Source of the DNA: a virus
Lineage: Duplodnaviria; Caudoviricetes
Strand: one strand, 5' to 3'
Virus record (IMG/VR): IMGVR_UViG_2744054842_000001
Location: 11,649-75,648 of that record
Length of the DNA: 64,000 bases
The notes under the pieces are model-generated. The model had not been told where the DNA came from. It did no database searches and saw only the letters and a list, made by a program, of their open reading frames with translations. The translations under genes and the position numbers were made by a program. Within the stretch, counting starts at the first letter, position 1, and each line of letters starts with the position of its first letter. This document shows positions 1-9,900 of this stretch, one piece after another.

Positions 1-2406
1 CTGGCCATTGGCGCTGGTGGTGAGCACGGCCCACGCATCGGGATACGCCGATGGCGCACCAGAGTTGACCGTGCCGTCGAACGGAATCGGTGTGGGGAAC
101 TGACCGCCCAAGTAGAACAGCGTGTCGTTGACGCCGCTTGTCACGATCTGGCAGGCGTAGTCGATGTAGATATCCACGTCCTCCAGCGCCATGATCTCGG
201 CGTGCACCCCGGCAACGCCGGGCATGAAATCGACCTGGAAGGCCTGCAGCAGCGGGTACCGCCCCAGACTCACAGTGTTACCAGCCATCAGCTTATTGAT
301 GATGCGGCAAGTGACCCGGCTGGCCGTTCCGCTCGACCCGGGCACCAGGGTGACGCCATCGGCCTCAATCACGTAGGCGACTGAAGCAGCCGTCACCTTG
401 CCGTCCACCAGGTGGTTGCCACCGGTGAACTCAAGGGTTGGCCAACCGTCGCCGTTGTTCACGGCGTCGAAGATCATGGGCGGCAACCAGTCGGTAGCGA
501 ACGAGCTGATTACCCCACCATTCAGGATCACCTGGGCAAAGTTGGCCAGGCTGTTGGCACCGTTCAGGCCGAAGACGAAGCCTCGAGTACCGACCCCATC
601 CGGCCAACTCAGGGTAAGGCGCATCGACGAATCAACGCTGTAGGTCACTCGGGAGGGCGTGCCGCCGCTTGTTACGGGGAACTCGTAGCAGGCCGGGTCG
701 ATTACCTGCGAGTACCCGTTTTGGAAAATGGCATTCATCCCGTATTGGGTGCCATAAGCCTGCAGCTTGGAAGCGTCCAGCACCAACTCGATGCGCACAT
801 CGGTCTTGGTGTTGATCAGCAGCGTCTGAATGCCCAAGGTGCGGTCGATCGCCGGCTGCGGGTCGGCCAAGGCCGAGATGCTGTTGCCTGTAGTGATGAC
901 CGAGGCGTCATAGCCCGCAATGTCTACCTCTTCCACGATCCAGCCATCAGCTGCCGGAACCACGGCAGCGTTGCCGTTCTGGAAATACCGCAGGCCGTAG
1001 TACTTGCCACGCTTGGCGTTGATGACCCGAGCGTTGAGGATCACGTTAGTCTGCAGCGGGCTTGGAGTCGATACCGAGCCGCCGCGACTGGTGTTGCGGA
1101 AAGGCACGATCTGCCCAGCGTTGAGGCTGATCGAGTTGGTCGATTCGCTTTTGGCCGGGATGTAGCGGCTCGGGTCAATGATGTAGCTGTAGCCCGGGTT
1201 AATCGTGTTAGCCGCACCGATGAAGGTGCCATAGGCCGGCAGCTGGGCCGTGTCCAGGGTGATCAGGATTCGCAGGTCGATCGCCACCGTACTGGCCAGC
1301 ACCACCGTCTGGATGCCGTCCCGAGCAATTGTAGGGGTGCCCGCATCTGCCACACTAATGACTTGGGTAGCAACGTTGGCGGCCGTCTCGTAGTTGGCCT
1401 GGTCAATCTCTTCGATGATCCAGCCGTCAGGCTTGGCCGAGGGCAAAGCGGTGCTGCCGTTCACGAAGTAGGCCAGACGGTAGTACTTGCCTGGGCGTGC
1501 GCCGATGATGCAGATGTTCAGGATCGCCTTGCTGAAGGCGGTCGGCTCGGCACTGGTGGTGCCGTTGCGGGTCATCTTGCGCAGCGGGTAGACCTTACCC
1601 CGGTTGATACTCAACGAGTCATCTCTGATGACTGGGGGGGCCGAGTAACGAGATGGATCTATGATCCAGCTTCGGCCATTTGTACCCGTGCTGCTAGAGT
1701 CGATAGCAGTTCCAGAGGCAGGCAGTGCACTGGCATCTACCACGATCTTGAATCGGAGATCTGGCCGCAGATTCGGCGTAACGATCAGCGTCTGAACTCC
1801 GCCAGTTCGATCGATGTTCGGCGCCGGATTGGTATACGAGTGAATTTCCGTGACTGCGCCGGTAGATGCATAGGTCGCTGGGTCGGCCTCGTACAGAATC
1901 CAGCCGAATTCATAGCTCCCCCCCAAACTGGCGCCGTTCTTCTGGAGAGAGATGAGGTAGTACTTGGTCAGATCCGCCCCGAGGACCTCGCAGTTCAGCA
2001 GGAACCGGTTCATCACCGGGTTTGCTGGCGATGTCACGCCACCCCGGTTCATTTGGCGAAGCGGATACGCCTTGCCTTTGTTGATGGTCAGCGCATCCGC
2101 CAGCCAGGACAGCAGGGACGAGATCTCAACCGCGACCCCGGCATCGTTCCGGTAGCGGGTTTCAAACACATCGCCAGTTCCCGGTACCGAGAAGAAGCGG
2201 TTATTGGTGCCCGAACCGCTGGTGGCGGCCAGGCCGGCTGCCACAGTGGTATAGGTCCCCATGCTCGCGAGGAATTCGGCGTAGATCTTTTTTAGGGTGG
2301 GCTTGGTGATGCCGTTGATGGTGACTAAGTCAGCATCAGACAGGAACAGCGAGTTTGCGTTAGCCACAAGCTGTTGGAACAGCTGCAGAGATTCTGCGCC
2401 GGTCAT
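1..2406 (-). CDS. Tail fibre / receptor-binding protein with three ~160-aa internal repeats (3' end off-window)
   Basis: Hand translation from ATG 2406 (MTGAESLQLFQQLVANANSLF...) is open in the segments checked; lies directly downstream of the tail tip gene; absent from the ORF track, presumably because it has no stop in the window. Confidence 0.8.
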   Translation of the reverse strand, partial: MTGAESLQLFQQLVANANSLFLSDADLVTINGITKPTLKKIYAEFLASMGTYTTVAAGLAATSGSGTNNRFFSVPGTGDVFETRYRNDAGVAVEISSLLSWLADALTINKGKAYPLRQMNRGGVTSPANPVMNRFLLNCEVLGADLTKYYLISLQKNGASLGGSYEFGWILYEADPATYASTGAVTEIHSYTNPAPNIDRTGGVQTLIVTPNLRPDLRFKIVVDASALPASGTAIDSSSTGTNGRSWIIDPSRYSAPPVIRDDSLSINRGKVYPLRKMTRNGTTSAEPTAFSKAILNICIIGARPGKYYRLAYFVNGSTALPSAKPDGWIIEEIDQANYETAANVATQVISVADAGTPTIARDGIQTVVLASTVAIDLRILITLDTAQLPAYGTFIGAANTINPGYSYIIDPSRYIPAKSESTNSISLNAGQIVPFRNTSRGGSVSTPSPLQTNVILNARVINAKRGKYYGLRYFQNGNAAVVPAADGWIVEEVDIAGYDASVITTGNSISALADPQPAIDRTLGIQTLLINTKTDVRIELVLDASKLQAYGTQYGMNAIFQNGYSQVIDPACYEFPVTSGGTPSRVTYSVDSSMRLTLSWPDGVGTRGFVFGLNGANSLANFAQVILNGGVISSFATDWLPPMIFDAVNNGDGWPTLEFTGGNHLVDGKVTAASVAYVIEADGVTLVPGSSGTASRVTCRIINKLMAGNTVSLGRYPLLQAFQVDFMPGVAGVHAEIMALEDVDIYIDYACQIVTSGVNDTLFYLGGQFPTPIPFDGTVNSGAPSAYPDAWAVLTTSANGQ

Positions 2407-2444
2407 ATGTTTCCTCTCATATCCCGGAACCGGGCATTGTTAAA

Positions 2445-5400
2445 TCAGGCGGGTGGGAACTGGTCGTCGTAGGTGTAAACGCGGGCGTCGTAGGGCATGG
2501 CTTTCATGGCCCTGTTGCCGTTGACTGGATCGGATAGCGTGATCAGGGCTGGGTATGCCCAGCGCGTTGCTGGACCGAACAGGATGTGTGGCGGCTCCAG
2601 CGGGCCGTCGACCACGGGCGTGAAGTCAAGGGCATCAACCCGCGCCGTGTACGGATCCACCTGTGTGGCGGTCCATGGTCCGGACAGCGTGCCGTCCAGT
2701 TTTCGAAGCCCGATCAGGTGCTCACCGCCGGCGCTGAAGTCCAGTGGCTCCGATGAGCTCAGCAGCGTTCCCGCACCGGTAACCTCGAAGGCCAGCAGGA
2801 TCGCGCTCTGGCAACCCTTCGGCCTATCATCGCCAACCGCCGCAAAACTGAGGTAGCCGCTGTTGCTGCCGTCCATCTCCGTTTCCCAGGCGTACACGTC
2901 TGTCCGATACTTCTGGTGGCCACGCCGACGCATGCCGATGCGCCAGGCTCTGGTCCTGTCGCTGATTCCGGGCATCTTGATCTTCTCGACCTTGTTGCCC
3001 AGGTCGCCTGGCCAGCGGCACTCGACCGTTTCCCACGCCCAGGTGGTGCGCGAGAAGTACTCCACATCCACGCCGTCGAAGTCGTTGATCGACGGCATGG
3101 CGCCGCTGATCTTGAGCATCTTGGTCATGTTCTGGGGCGAGTAGGTCTGCGTCTTTGGCCCGTAGGTGACATCGAACGCAGCCCGGACGCTGTCCCGCAC
3201 AGGCCGTAGCAGGCCACGGAACGTCACCAGCTCGCCGAACCCGCACGCCAGGGCGTTGTTCACCATGTCCTTCAAGGTGATCGTCGCGTCCAACGTCTCG
3301 TCGTAGGTGTCGCCACGGGCCACACAGACCTCGTGGAAGGCCTGCCACTCAGGCAGGTCCAGGTCGTCGTCCGTGTATCCGCGCTGTTTCAGCTGGTAAA
3401 TGCACCAAGGCACGATGTCGCGTGTTGGCCCAGTTCCGCCCTCCATAAGAGGCAGGATGCGAGTTGCCTCACCGCTTACCTGGCTCTCCGATTGCGCGGA
3501 TAACCGGTCACCCCCGCGGATGTTGCAAGTGATGACCGTCATCGGATAGCTGGTTGGCGAGTTCTGCATGCGCCCGCGCAGATCAGTCCATGTGGCGTCG
3601 TCGCGGGCCTCGTCGTTGATTCGCCCCGGGCGGTCCTTGTACAGCTTGCGAACCCTGGCCTCTGCCCGCATCGGGTATGGCAGCGTCACGCGGTCGGTGA
3701 AGCCCTGGGCATCCAGCGAGCCGCCCGTCTTCATCAGTTCAATGACGGTCCAGGCTCCGGCCAGATCCATGTCCCGATACTCGAATGCGTAGTAGGTCGG
3801 AATCTCGTAGATCTGCCCTTCCCGGCCAATGCCGCACAGGCCATTGGCGTAAGTGACCGACCATTCCAGTTCGACTACCTTTTCGTTGTCCGGGCAACAG
3901 GCGAACGGGCCGCGGTAGCCACCCTGCAGGTTAGATGCGTCCAGCGTGATCAGGCCGTTGACCGTCTGCATGGCGTTGAAGCCTGGCCAGCCGGTATCGG
4001 TAGAGCCGGATGCAGTCAGGCGTTCCACCTCGAGCAGGCTCGTGCTGAAGGCCGTGATCCGGTACCGAAGCCCCCGCGGGCCGATGGTTGCCAGGCCCTG
4101 ACCCAGTGCCAGGCCCACCACCGGGGATCCACCGTCATAGTCCAGGGTCATCTCGGCCGGCTGCTCGGGGATAGCACTGGTGGTGGCCGTGCCAGTGGCG
4201 CCACCTGGCGACGACCCCAGGATGGTGGAAGCACTGGTAGCGGTGATGGCCTGGCCGGCGAATGGCGTCAGTTCGACAATGCGAAGCACGCTGCCGCTCA
4301 CTTGCGCCTGGAACGGCTTACCGCTGAACTGCGTGTTGAGCGCCGATACCAGCCCGGACAGGTTGGTGGTCGCGGTGTTCAGCGTGATCGGGTAGCTGGT
4401 AGCCCCACGGAGCAGGGTGAAGCTCAGTGGGGTGACGTCGAAATCATACCGGGTTGGTGCAGCGGACCCGGTGAGAGTCGAAGCGGTGCCAGGATTGGCC
4501 GGAACGGCCGGGCTGTATGGCGTGTAGCTGTGCACGACGTACAGCCCCGCGTTTGCCCCCGCCACCTCGATCAGCATGCCCGGCGTTGGGTTCAGCATCT
4601 CCAGCGGCCCACGCACGATGTCACGCCCTGCTCCGCCGTCAATGACGGTGTAGGTGTAGGGCGCGAGTACGCGGATGATGATCCCGTTCGACCAGTCAGC
4701 CGGGAACTGGCCGGAGCCGGCCGGCACGCTGATCGTGCCGCCCACGAACTGGTACGCCGAAGCCGTGGCCGACCTGGTCAGGTCGGTGGCCATGGTCAGT
4801 TCCAGGCCGGCAGAGCCGCTTGAGCTTGCCCCCACCTCTGGCGCGTTAAACCAGTTGATATGCGCCGGATCGGCAGACAGGTCGGCGCCTGGCGGATAGA
4901 TGGTGAACGTAGCATCCGCGCCCAAGGAGATCAGCGGGGTTTCCCCAACCTTGACCTTGGCCAGCGGCACGTCGTACTCACCTTCGCCGATGTACAGCAG
5001 CATTTCCACGCGCTGGTCCCGCGGCGCCAGGAATGCTCGGCGCGGCTGGGCCAGGTACGACGGATAGACGCGCTGGTGGCCTGCGATCTGGCGCACCGGG
5101 TCGCCGAGCTTGACCTTGTTGCCTTTGGCACTGGCCTCGGTCAAGGGGTCGCCCTGCTGGGTGCCTGCGCTGGATGGCATGCCTGGCATCTTGGGCATGA
5201 GCAGCTTGGAGACCGCCTTAACCCCTGCGAATAGGGTAACCGCCATGAAAGCCTGTTCAAGACCTTTTGGCTCTCGGTAGATCTGCAGCAGGTCGGACGG
5301 CTTGAACTTCACCTTGTGCCATAGGTGCTGGTCGATGATCTCGTCGTTCAGCACCACGCTGAATGGTGGGCTTTTCCGGCGCTCGTACGACTGGGCCTGG

Positions 5401-5495
5401 CTCTTCAGCCACTCCTCGATCGTCATACGGCGGTCGGTCTTCCAGGTGCCGAGCGGCGCCGTATCACTCAGCTTGTTCGGGTAGAACTCGATCAC
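2445..5495 (-). CDS. Tail tip / host-specificity protein (lambda J/TipJ-like)
   Basis: 1016 aa; position after NlpC/P60 and DUF1833-like genes; typical TipJ-like C-terminus (PYDARVYTYDD). Confidence 0.85.
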   Translation of the reverse strand: MIEFYPNKLSDTAPLGTWKTDRRMTIEEWLKSQAQSYERRKSPPFSVVLNDEIIDQHLWHKVKFKPSDLLQIYREPKGLEQAFMAVTLFAGVKAVSKLLMPKMPGMPSSAGTQQGDPLTEASAKGNKVKLGDPVRQIAGHQRVYPSYLAQPRRAFLAPRDQRVEMLLYIGEGEYDVPLAKVKVGETPLISLGADATFTIYPPGADLSADPAHINWFNAPEVGASSSGSAGLELTMATDLTRSATASAYQFVGGTISVPAGSGQFPADWSNGIIIRVLAPYTYTVIDGGAGRDIVRGPLEMLNPTPGMLIEVAGANAGLYVVHSYTPYSPAVPANPGTASTLTGSAAPTRYDFDVTPLSFTLLRGATSYPITLNTATTNLSGLVSALNTQFSGKPFQAQVSGSVLRIVELTPFAGQAITATSASTILGSSPGGATGTATTSAIPEQPAEMTLDYDGGSPVVGLALGQGLATIGPRGLRYRITAFSTSLLEVERLTASGSTDTGWPGFNAMQTVNGLITLDASNLQGGYRGPFACCPDNEKVVELEWSVTYANGLCGIGREGQIYEIPTYYAFEYRDMDLAGAWTVIELMKTGGSLDAQGFTDRVTLPYPMRAEARVRKLYKDRPGRINDEARDDATWTDLRGRMQNSPTSYPMTVITCNIRGGDRLSAQSESQVSGEATRILPLMEGGTGPTRDIVPWCIYQLKQRGYTDDDLDLPEWQAFHEVCVARGDTYDETLDATITLKDMVNNALACGFGELVTFRGLLRPVRDSVRAAFDVTYGPKTQTYSPQNMTKMLKISGAMPSINDFDGVDVEYFSRTTWAWETVECRWPGDLGNKVEKIKMPGISDRTRAWRIGMRRRGHQKYRTDVYAWETEMDGSNSGYLSFAAVGDDRPKGCQSAILLAFEVTGAGTLLSSSEPLDFSAGGEHLIGLRKLDGTLSGPWTATQVDPYTARVDALDFTPVVDGPLEPPHILFGPATRWAYPALITLSDPVNGNRAMKAMPYDARVYTYDDQFPPA

Positions 5496-5868
5496 GGTAA
5501 TAGACCACCTTGGGATGAGCGGCTTCGAACCCGCCGGTTGTCCGGAGGCAGGCGCCGCCGGGGTTTGTGTCCAGCACCTTCAGGCGCCCTTCGCTTTCCA
5601 CCACCACACCTACGTGCAGGCACAGCGCGCCACGGAACACGGCGGCAATGGCGCCTGGCTCTGGGGCGCACTCCTCCATGCCCTGGCGAAGTTCGTGGTA
5701 GGCGGCGGTATTGGCCTTTGGCTTGCTCTTGCCAACGGCACCCAGGCTGGGCAGCAGGGGCAGGCCGAACACCTCATGGCGCACGGCGATGCAGAGCCCC
5801 CAGCAATCGAAGGCAATAGGCCCCCGTGCACCCTCGCGATACGGGGCGCGCATGAATTTCTCGATCAT
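5464..5868 (-). CDS. Tail assembly protein, NlpC/P60 (gpK-like)
   Basis: FDCWGL and HVGVV motifs; synteny. Confidence 0.85.
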   Translation of the reverse strand: MIEKFMRAPYREGARGPIAFDCWGLCIAVRHEVFGLPLLPSLGAVGKSKPKANTAAYHELRQGMEECAPEPGAIAAVFRGALCLHVGVVVESEGRLKVLDTNPGGACLRTTGGFEAAHPKVVYYRDRVLPEQAE

Positions 5869-5870
5869 GA

Positions 5871-6350
5871 TCAGACGTACTTCAGGCCAGGTGCCACGAT
5901 GGTGGTCAGGACGGTTCGCAGACCGTTGGTGTTCAGAAGATCCATCAGCCCGCAGGTGAGCTTGGCCACGCCATCCTCATATTCTCGACTGAGCATCGTC
6001 ATGCGGTACCGCTCTTGCGGGAACGACAGGTCTTCAGCTAGGTAGCGTCGGAAGGTGATGATGAAGCGCTCGTCGGCCGCTTTGGCCTCCTCAACGACCT
6101 CCTGCACTTCACCTGTCGTGTTATCCAGGCCTAGCACGATGTTCTGGAACGCACTGTTGTCGTTCTTTGGCAGACCCAAGTCCATCGCCATCGCGATGAA
6201 GGTCAGCGTGCGGCCATCCTCGGTGGTGCACACCCGGTCTTCCCAGCCAGAGCAGTACAGGTGGGAGACGGTGCCGCCCTCCTTGCGCGCCTCGATGGTG
6301 TCGACCAGTTCGCCCCTTCCCGATGCATAGCACTCCTCGATCAGGCTCAT
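5871..6350 (-). CDS. Minor tail protein (DUF1833/gpL-like)
   Basis: Synteny between distal tail and NlpC genes; TFRRYLAEDLS and PGL C-terminal motifs. Confidence 0.75.
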   Translation of the reverse strand: MSLIEECYASGRGELVDTIEARKEGGTVSHLYCSGWEDRVCTTEDGRTLTFIAMAMDLGLPKNDNSAFQNIVLGLDNTTGEVQEVVEEAKAADERFIITFRRYLAEDLSFPQERYRMTMLSREYEDGVAKLTCGLMDLLNTNGLRTVLTTIVAPGLKYV

Positions 6351-6817
6351 CCGAAGTACCTCGTGTACCACTTGTCCAAGCTGCCGGACAGCTGCGTGTT
6401 GAACTGGTCGAGCGGCATGCCCATCGCAGCACCGAGGTACTGATCCTCGGTGTATACCGGGCGGACTTTGAACTCGAGCTCAGCGGAGAATCGCCACCGC
6501 TTTACCTGAGCCAGCTCCCCGCCGGTGTACATGCCCTTGAAGTGCACCAAGTGCACCTGCAGGCCAAGAGGCGTCTGCAGCGGCATCTCGAACCATTCAA
6601 AACCGAGATTCAGCGCCCAGGTGTGCCAGCCCTCGAAAAGGGCCGCTTCCTGCTCGCTGAAGTTGAAGGTGAACCGTGCGGACGTTGGAGGCTTCCGGGT
6701 GGTGATCCGGTACCGCGCGCGCCCGGTGACCATCGGCGTAGCCCGCATCGGATCAACCGTGCTCAGGCCATACCCCTCCTGCAGCGGAAGTGGCAATTCT
6801 GCCGGGTATTGAATCAT
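6347..6817 (-). CDS. Distal tail protein-like
   Basis: YPAELPLPLQEGY ... GRARYR ... WFEMPLQTPLG pattern; follows tape measure. Confidence 0.7.
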   Translation of the reverse strand: MIQYPAELPLPLQEGYGLSTVDPMRATPMVTGRARYRITTRKPPTSARFTFNFSEQEAALFEGWHTWALNLGFEWFEMPLQTPLGLQVHLVHFKGMYTGGELAQVKRWRFSAELEFKVRPVYTEDQYLGAAMGMPLDQFNTQLSGSLDKWYTRYFG

Positions 6818-6843
6818 TGCCGTTCCTCAGCTGAGGTTTGCGT

Positions 6844-6987
6844 TTAGGTGAGCGGGCTGAGGCCCAGCGCCTCCTCGATGCGAGCGAGCCGCCTTTGGAG
6901 AAGAAGCTCTTTCTCATCTGGCGGCACAACGGGCTCGGGCACAGTTGCGCCCGCCCCGCTGTCGGCCTCGTCGGTTTCGGTGGTCAT
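6844..6987 (-). CDS. 47-aa small protein ending LLQRRLARIEEALGLSPLT
   Basis: Hand-translated; fills the TMP-Dit gap; C-terminal motif shared with 16997-17149. Confidence 0.55.
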   Translation of the reverse strand: MTTETDEADSGAGATVPEPVVPPDEKELLLQRRLARIEEALGLSPLT

Positions 6988-6996
6988 GGGATCTAC

Positions 6997-9900
6997 CTAC
7001 GTTGGGTTGCGCGAGAGCCCGTAGGCCGCTTCGATTGCCTGCGCACGCTCGCCCCCGCCCCAGATATCAGCCACGAAGGCGTCGATCTGCAGCTGGCCGT
7101 CTTCACCGGTGCGCTGATCAACAGTGCCGGCACGGGACCGGTCTTCGATCAGGTTCACGGTGACGCTTGGCTGGGCGACCACGGGCGCCTGGGTGCTGCC
7201 AGACGATTGAGTCGAAACAACCGAGCCGCCACCACCAGCCACCGATACCCGCTCGTTCGAGTTGATCGCCTCGAGCAGCACCCGGTTACGCTTGGTCGCC
7301 GCGGCATTCACCACGAACTCGCCGTCGCTCAGGCGGGCCATGATGCTGTCGGAGGTGCCGGTACCGGCGCCGGACACATAGCCACCGGTGGCGAAGCCCG
7401 GGATCACGGCCAGGCTTGACGCCAGAGCCGTGGTCGAGGTCAGCGCGGCCGCTGCAGGAACGGAGTTGGCGCCCAGCGTTGCAAGGGATGCCATCGCCGC
7501 CGCCGGTGCCCAGGCCGTGGCCGTGGTACCCGCCAGGATCATGCTCTGGCCGGCCGCGGCTGTGCCGAGAGTGGCGTTCAGCGCAGCATTCAGTGCCATC
7601 TGCACGCCCATCTTCACGAAACCGGCGATGATCTCGCGCACCACGTTCGAAGCGATATCGCCAAGCGTGCTCATGGACAGCTGCCCGCTCATGATCGCGT
7701 CGGTGATATCGGTCGAGATGGTGTTGAATGCGCTGGAGAAGATCGACTGCGTTTGCCCAGCAATGTCGCGCGCCTGGTTGCCGAAGTTCTGCACGGCAGC
7801 CGTCCACCCGTTGATCGGGTTGAGCATGGCCTGGTCGATCTGCGCCCAGCCAGCCTGCATCGCTGCAAGCTGCTGAGGCAGGAACTCGTTCGTCAGGTCG
7901 ATCTGCGCCTGCAAGTCCTGCCGCTGCTTCTCCGTCGTGGCGTTCGCCAGTTCGGTGCGCAGCTGCAGGATGCGGTCGTTGGTCTGCTGCTCAAGCTGTA
8001 CGCGCTGCTGCAGTCGTTGCGTCTGCTGGTCGCCCATGCCGACACCGGCTGCAGCAATGCTGTACTCGCTCTGCTGGCCTGAAAGCTGCCGCTCAAGCTG
8101 TGCCCGGTACTGCTCGGCCTGAGTGAGGCCTTGGGCTCCCTTTATGGCGGCGGCGTAGTTCAGCGAGGACTGGGCCAGCGCTTCATTGTACTGCTGCTGA
8201 GTGATCTTCCCTTTCGACAGCAGAAGCTCAAGCTGAGATTGGCGCTCGACATACTCTTGCAGCGCGAACTTGGCCGGCTGGGCCGCCTTATACAGGTTGT
8301 CGAAAGCGGTCTGGGCTTCGTTCAGCTTGCTCGATAACCCCTTCTGCCCTTTCGGAGATCCAGTGTTTCCGGGCTTCGCAGTGGTGTTTCCGTCAATCTG
8401 ATCCAGTACTTCCTGAACCATCTCCGCAACCGTCTTGGTTTTCGGCGATGACTTCGGTTGCGAGGTCGGCTGCTGCTGGCCAAAGGTCAGAAGGCTAGCC
8501 CCCTGCAGAGTTTGCTTAGGCTCGTATTTCTCGACCAGCGAAAGCCCCTTGGCGTAGCGCACTGTCTGGTCGATAACGGTTTGAATCGCATCAACCTGGC
8601 GCTTGGCGCTGGACTCGGCGTTCTCAGCCATGGTCTTCATGGAGCGCCCTTGGCTCTCCATTTGCGACTTAATGGCTTCGGACGCAGTGATCGAAGCTGT
8701 GAGCTGAACCCGCAGCCTTTCCTGGTCTTCCTTCTTGCCGTCCTTGACTGCCTCCTCGTACTTCTTGAGGAGGTCGGTTTGTTCTCCGATCAGGCGCGCA
8801 TATTCGACCTGCTGGCTGTTGAATCCAGCCTTCGCAGCCGTATATGCAGCCTCTTGGGCAGTATTTGCGCCAATGAGGTCACGGGTTTGCGTCAGCTGGG
8901 AAATGTACTTTTCCCAGGCCTGCTCGCCACCACCGACTGCCGCAGCCGAGGCCTGCTGCGCGCTCGCCTGGGACTTGGCTGAACTGGTAGCACCATCAGT
9001 TGCGGTCTTGCTGCGGTCAAGCAAGCGGGCGTAGTCGTCAGCCTTCTGGCTGCTGGCGGAGTATTCGGCGCCGATCCTGACCAGTTCGTCGCGGTACACG
9101 CTGGAAATCTGGGTGTTGCTGGTCAGCCATCCGGTCAGCGAGTCCAGCGATCGCTGTCCGTTCCTGACCTCTTCAAACATGCGCTTGAAGGTGTCGGCCG
9201 ACTCGACTCCACTGACGCCTAGCGAGTTCAGGCCATCGAACGCCCGGGTGAAATACTCGCTGAGCGCGCTACTGGCGTCCTTAGCCGCGTCACGCTGGGC
9301 CTCCATCCATTTGGCCGACTGAAAGCGCTGCTGCTCGGCACTGAGCTGCCGGTATTTAACGATGGAATCGTCAAGCGTCAGGTTCTGGTCAATCAGCGAC
9401 TGAGTGGCGCTGTCTGTGCTCGACGAAAAGTAGATGACGGCACCTGCAGCCACGGTCAGCGCAGTGGTGAGCAGGCCTATAGGCCCTCCGGCCAATGCCA
9501 TCAGCCCAGCCGAGGCCCGCGCGCCAAGCGATTGCGCGGTGTTCAGGCGAACCTGTGCGGCGTTTTGCGCCACGACAGCAGCCGTGTCAGCCTCGCGCAG
9601 AGTCGTTAGCCGGGCCTGGCCTGCCGCAAGCTGGCTCTGAATGATGACCTCTTGCCCTGCCATCTGCCCAAGGGCGCGCTCCGCTGCTGCCTGCTGCAAT
9701 GTTACTGCGGCCTCGGCCCTTCTGATCTCAGCAAGTCGGGTCAACGACTGCTGGCGACCAACATCGTTGATCTGCGCTTGGAGGCGCTGCGCCTCAAGCG
9801 CGCGATCAGCTGCCAGCTGCTGCTGCACTGCTTGCAGCTGGGCAACGGTATTTGCCTGGGCCGCTCTCGCCGCTGCGGTCTCGGCCATCGAACGCTGAGT

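Noticed and set aside
412-2295. 627-aa + strand ORF
   Set aside because: Antisense shadow of the - strand tail fibre gene in the same codon register; the product has no plausible protein features.
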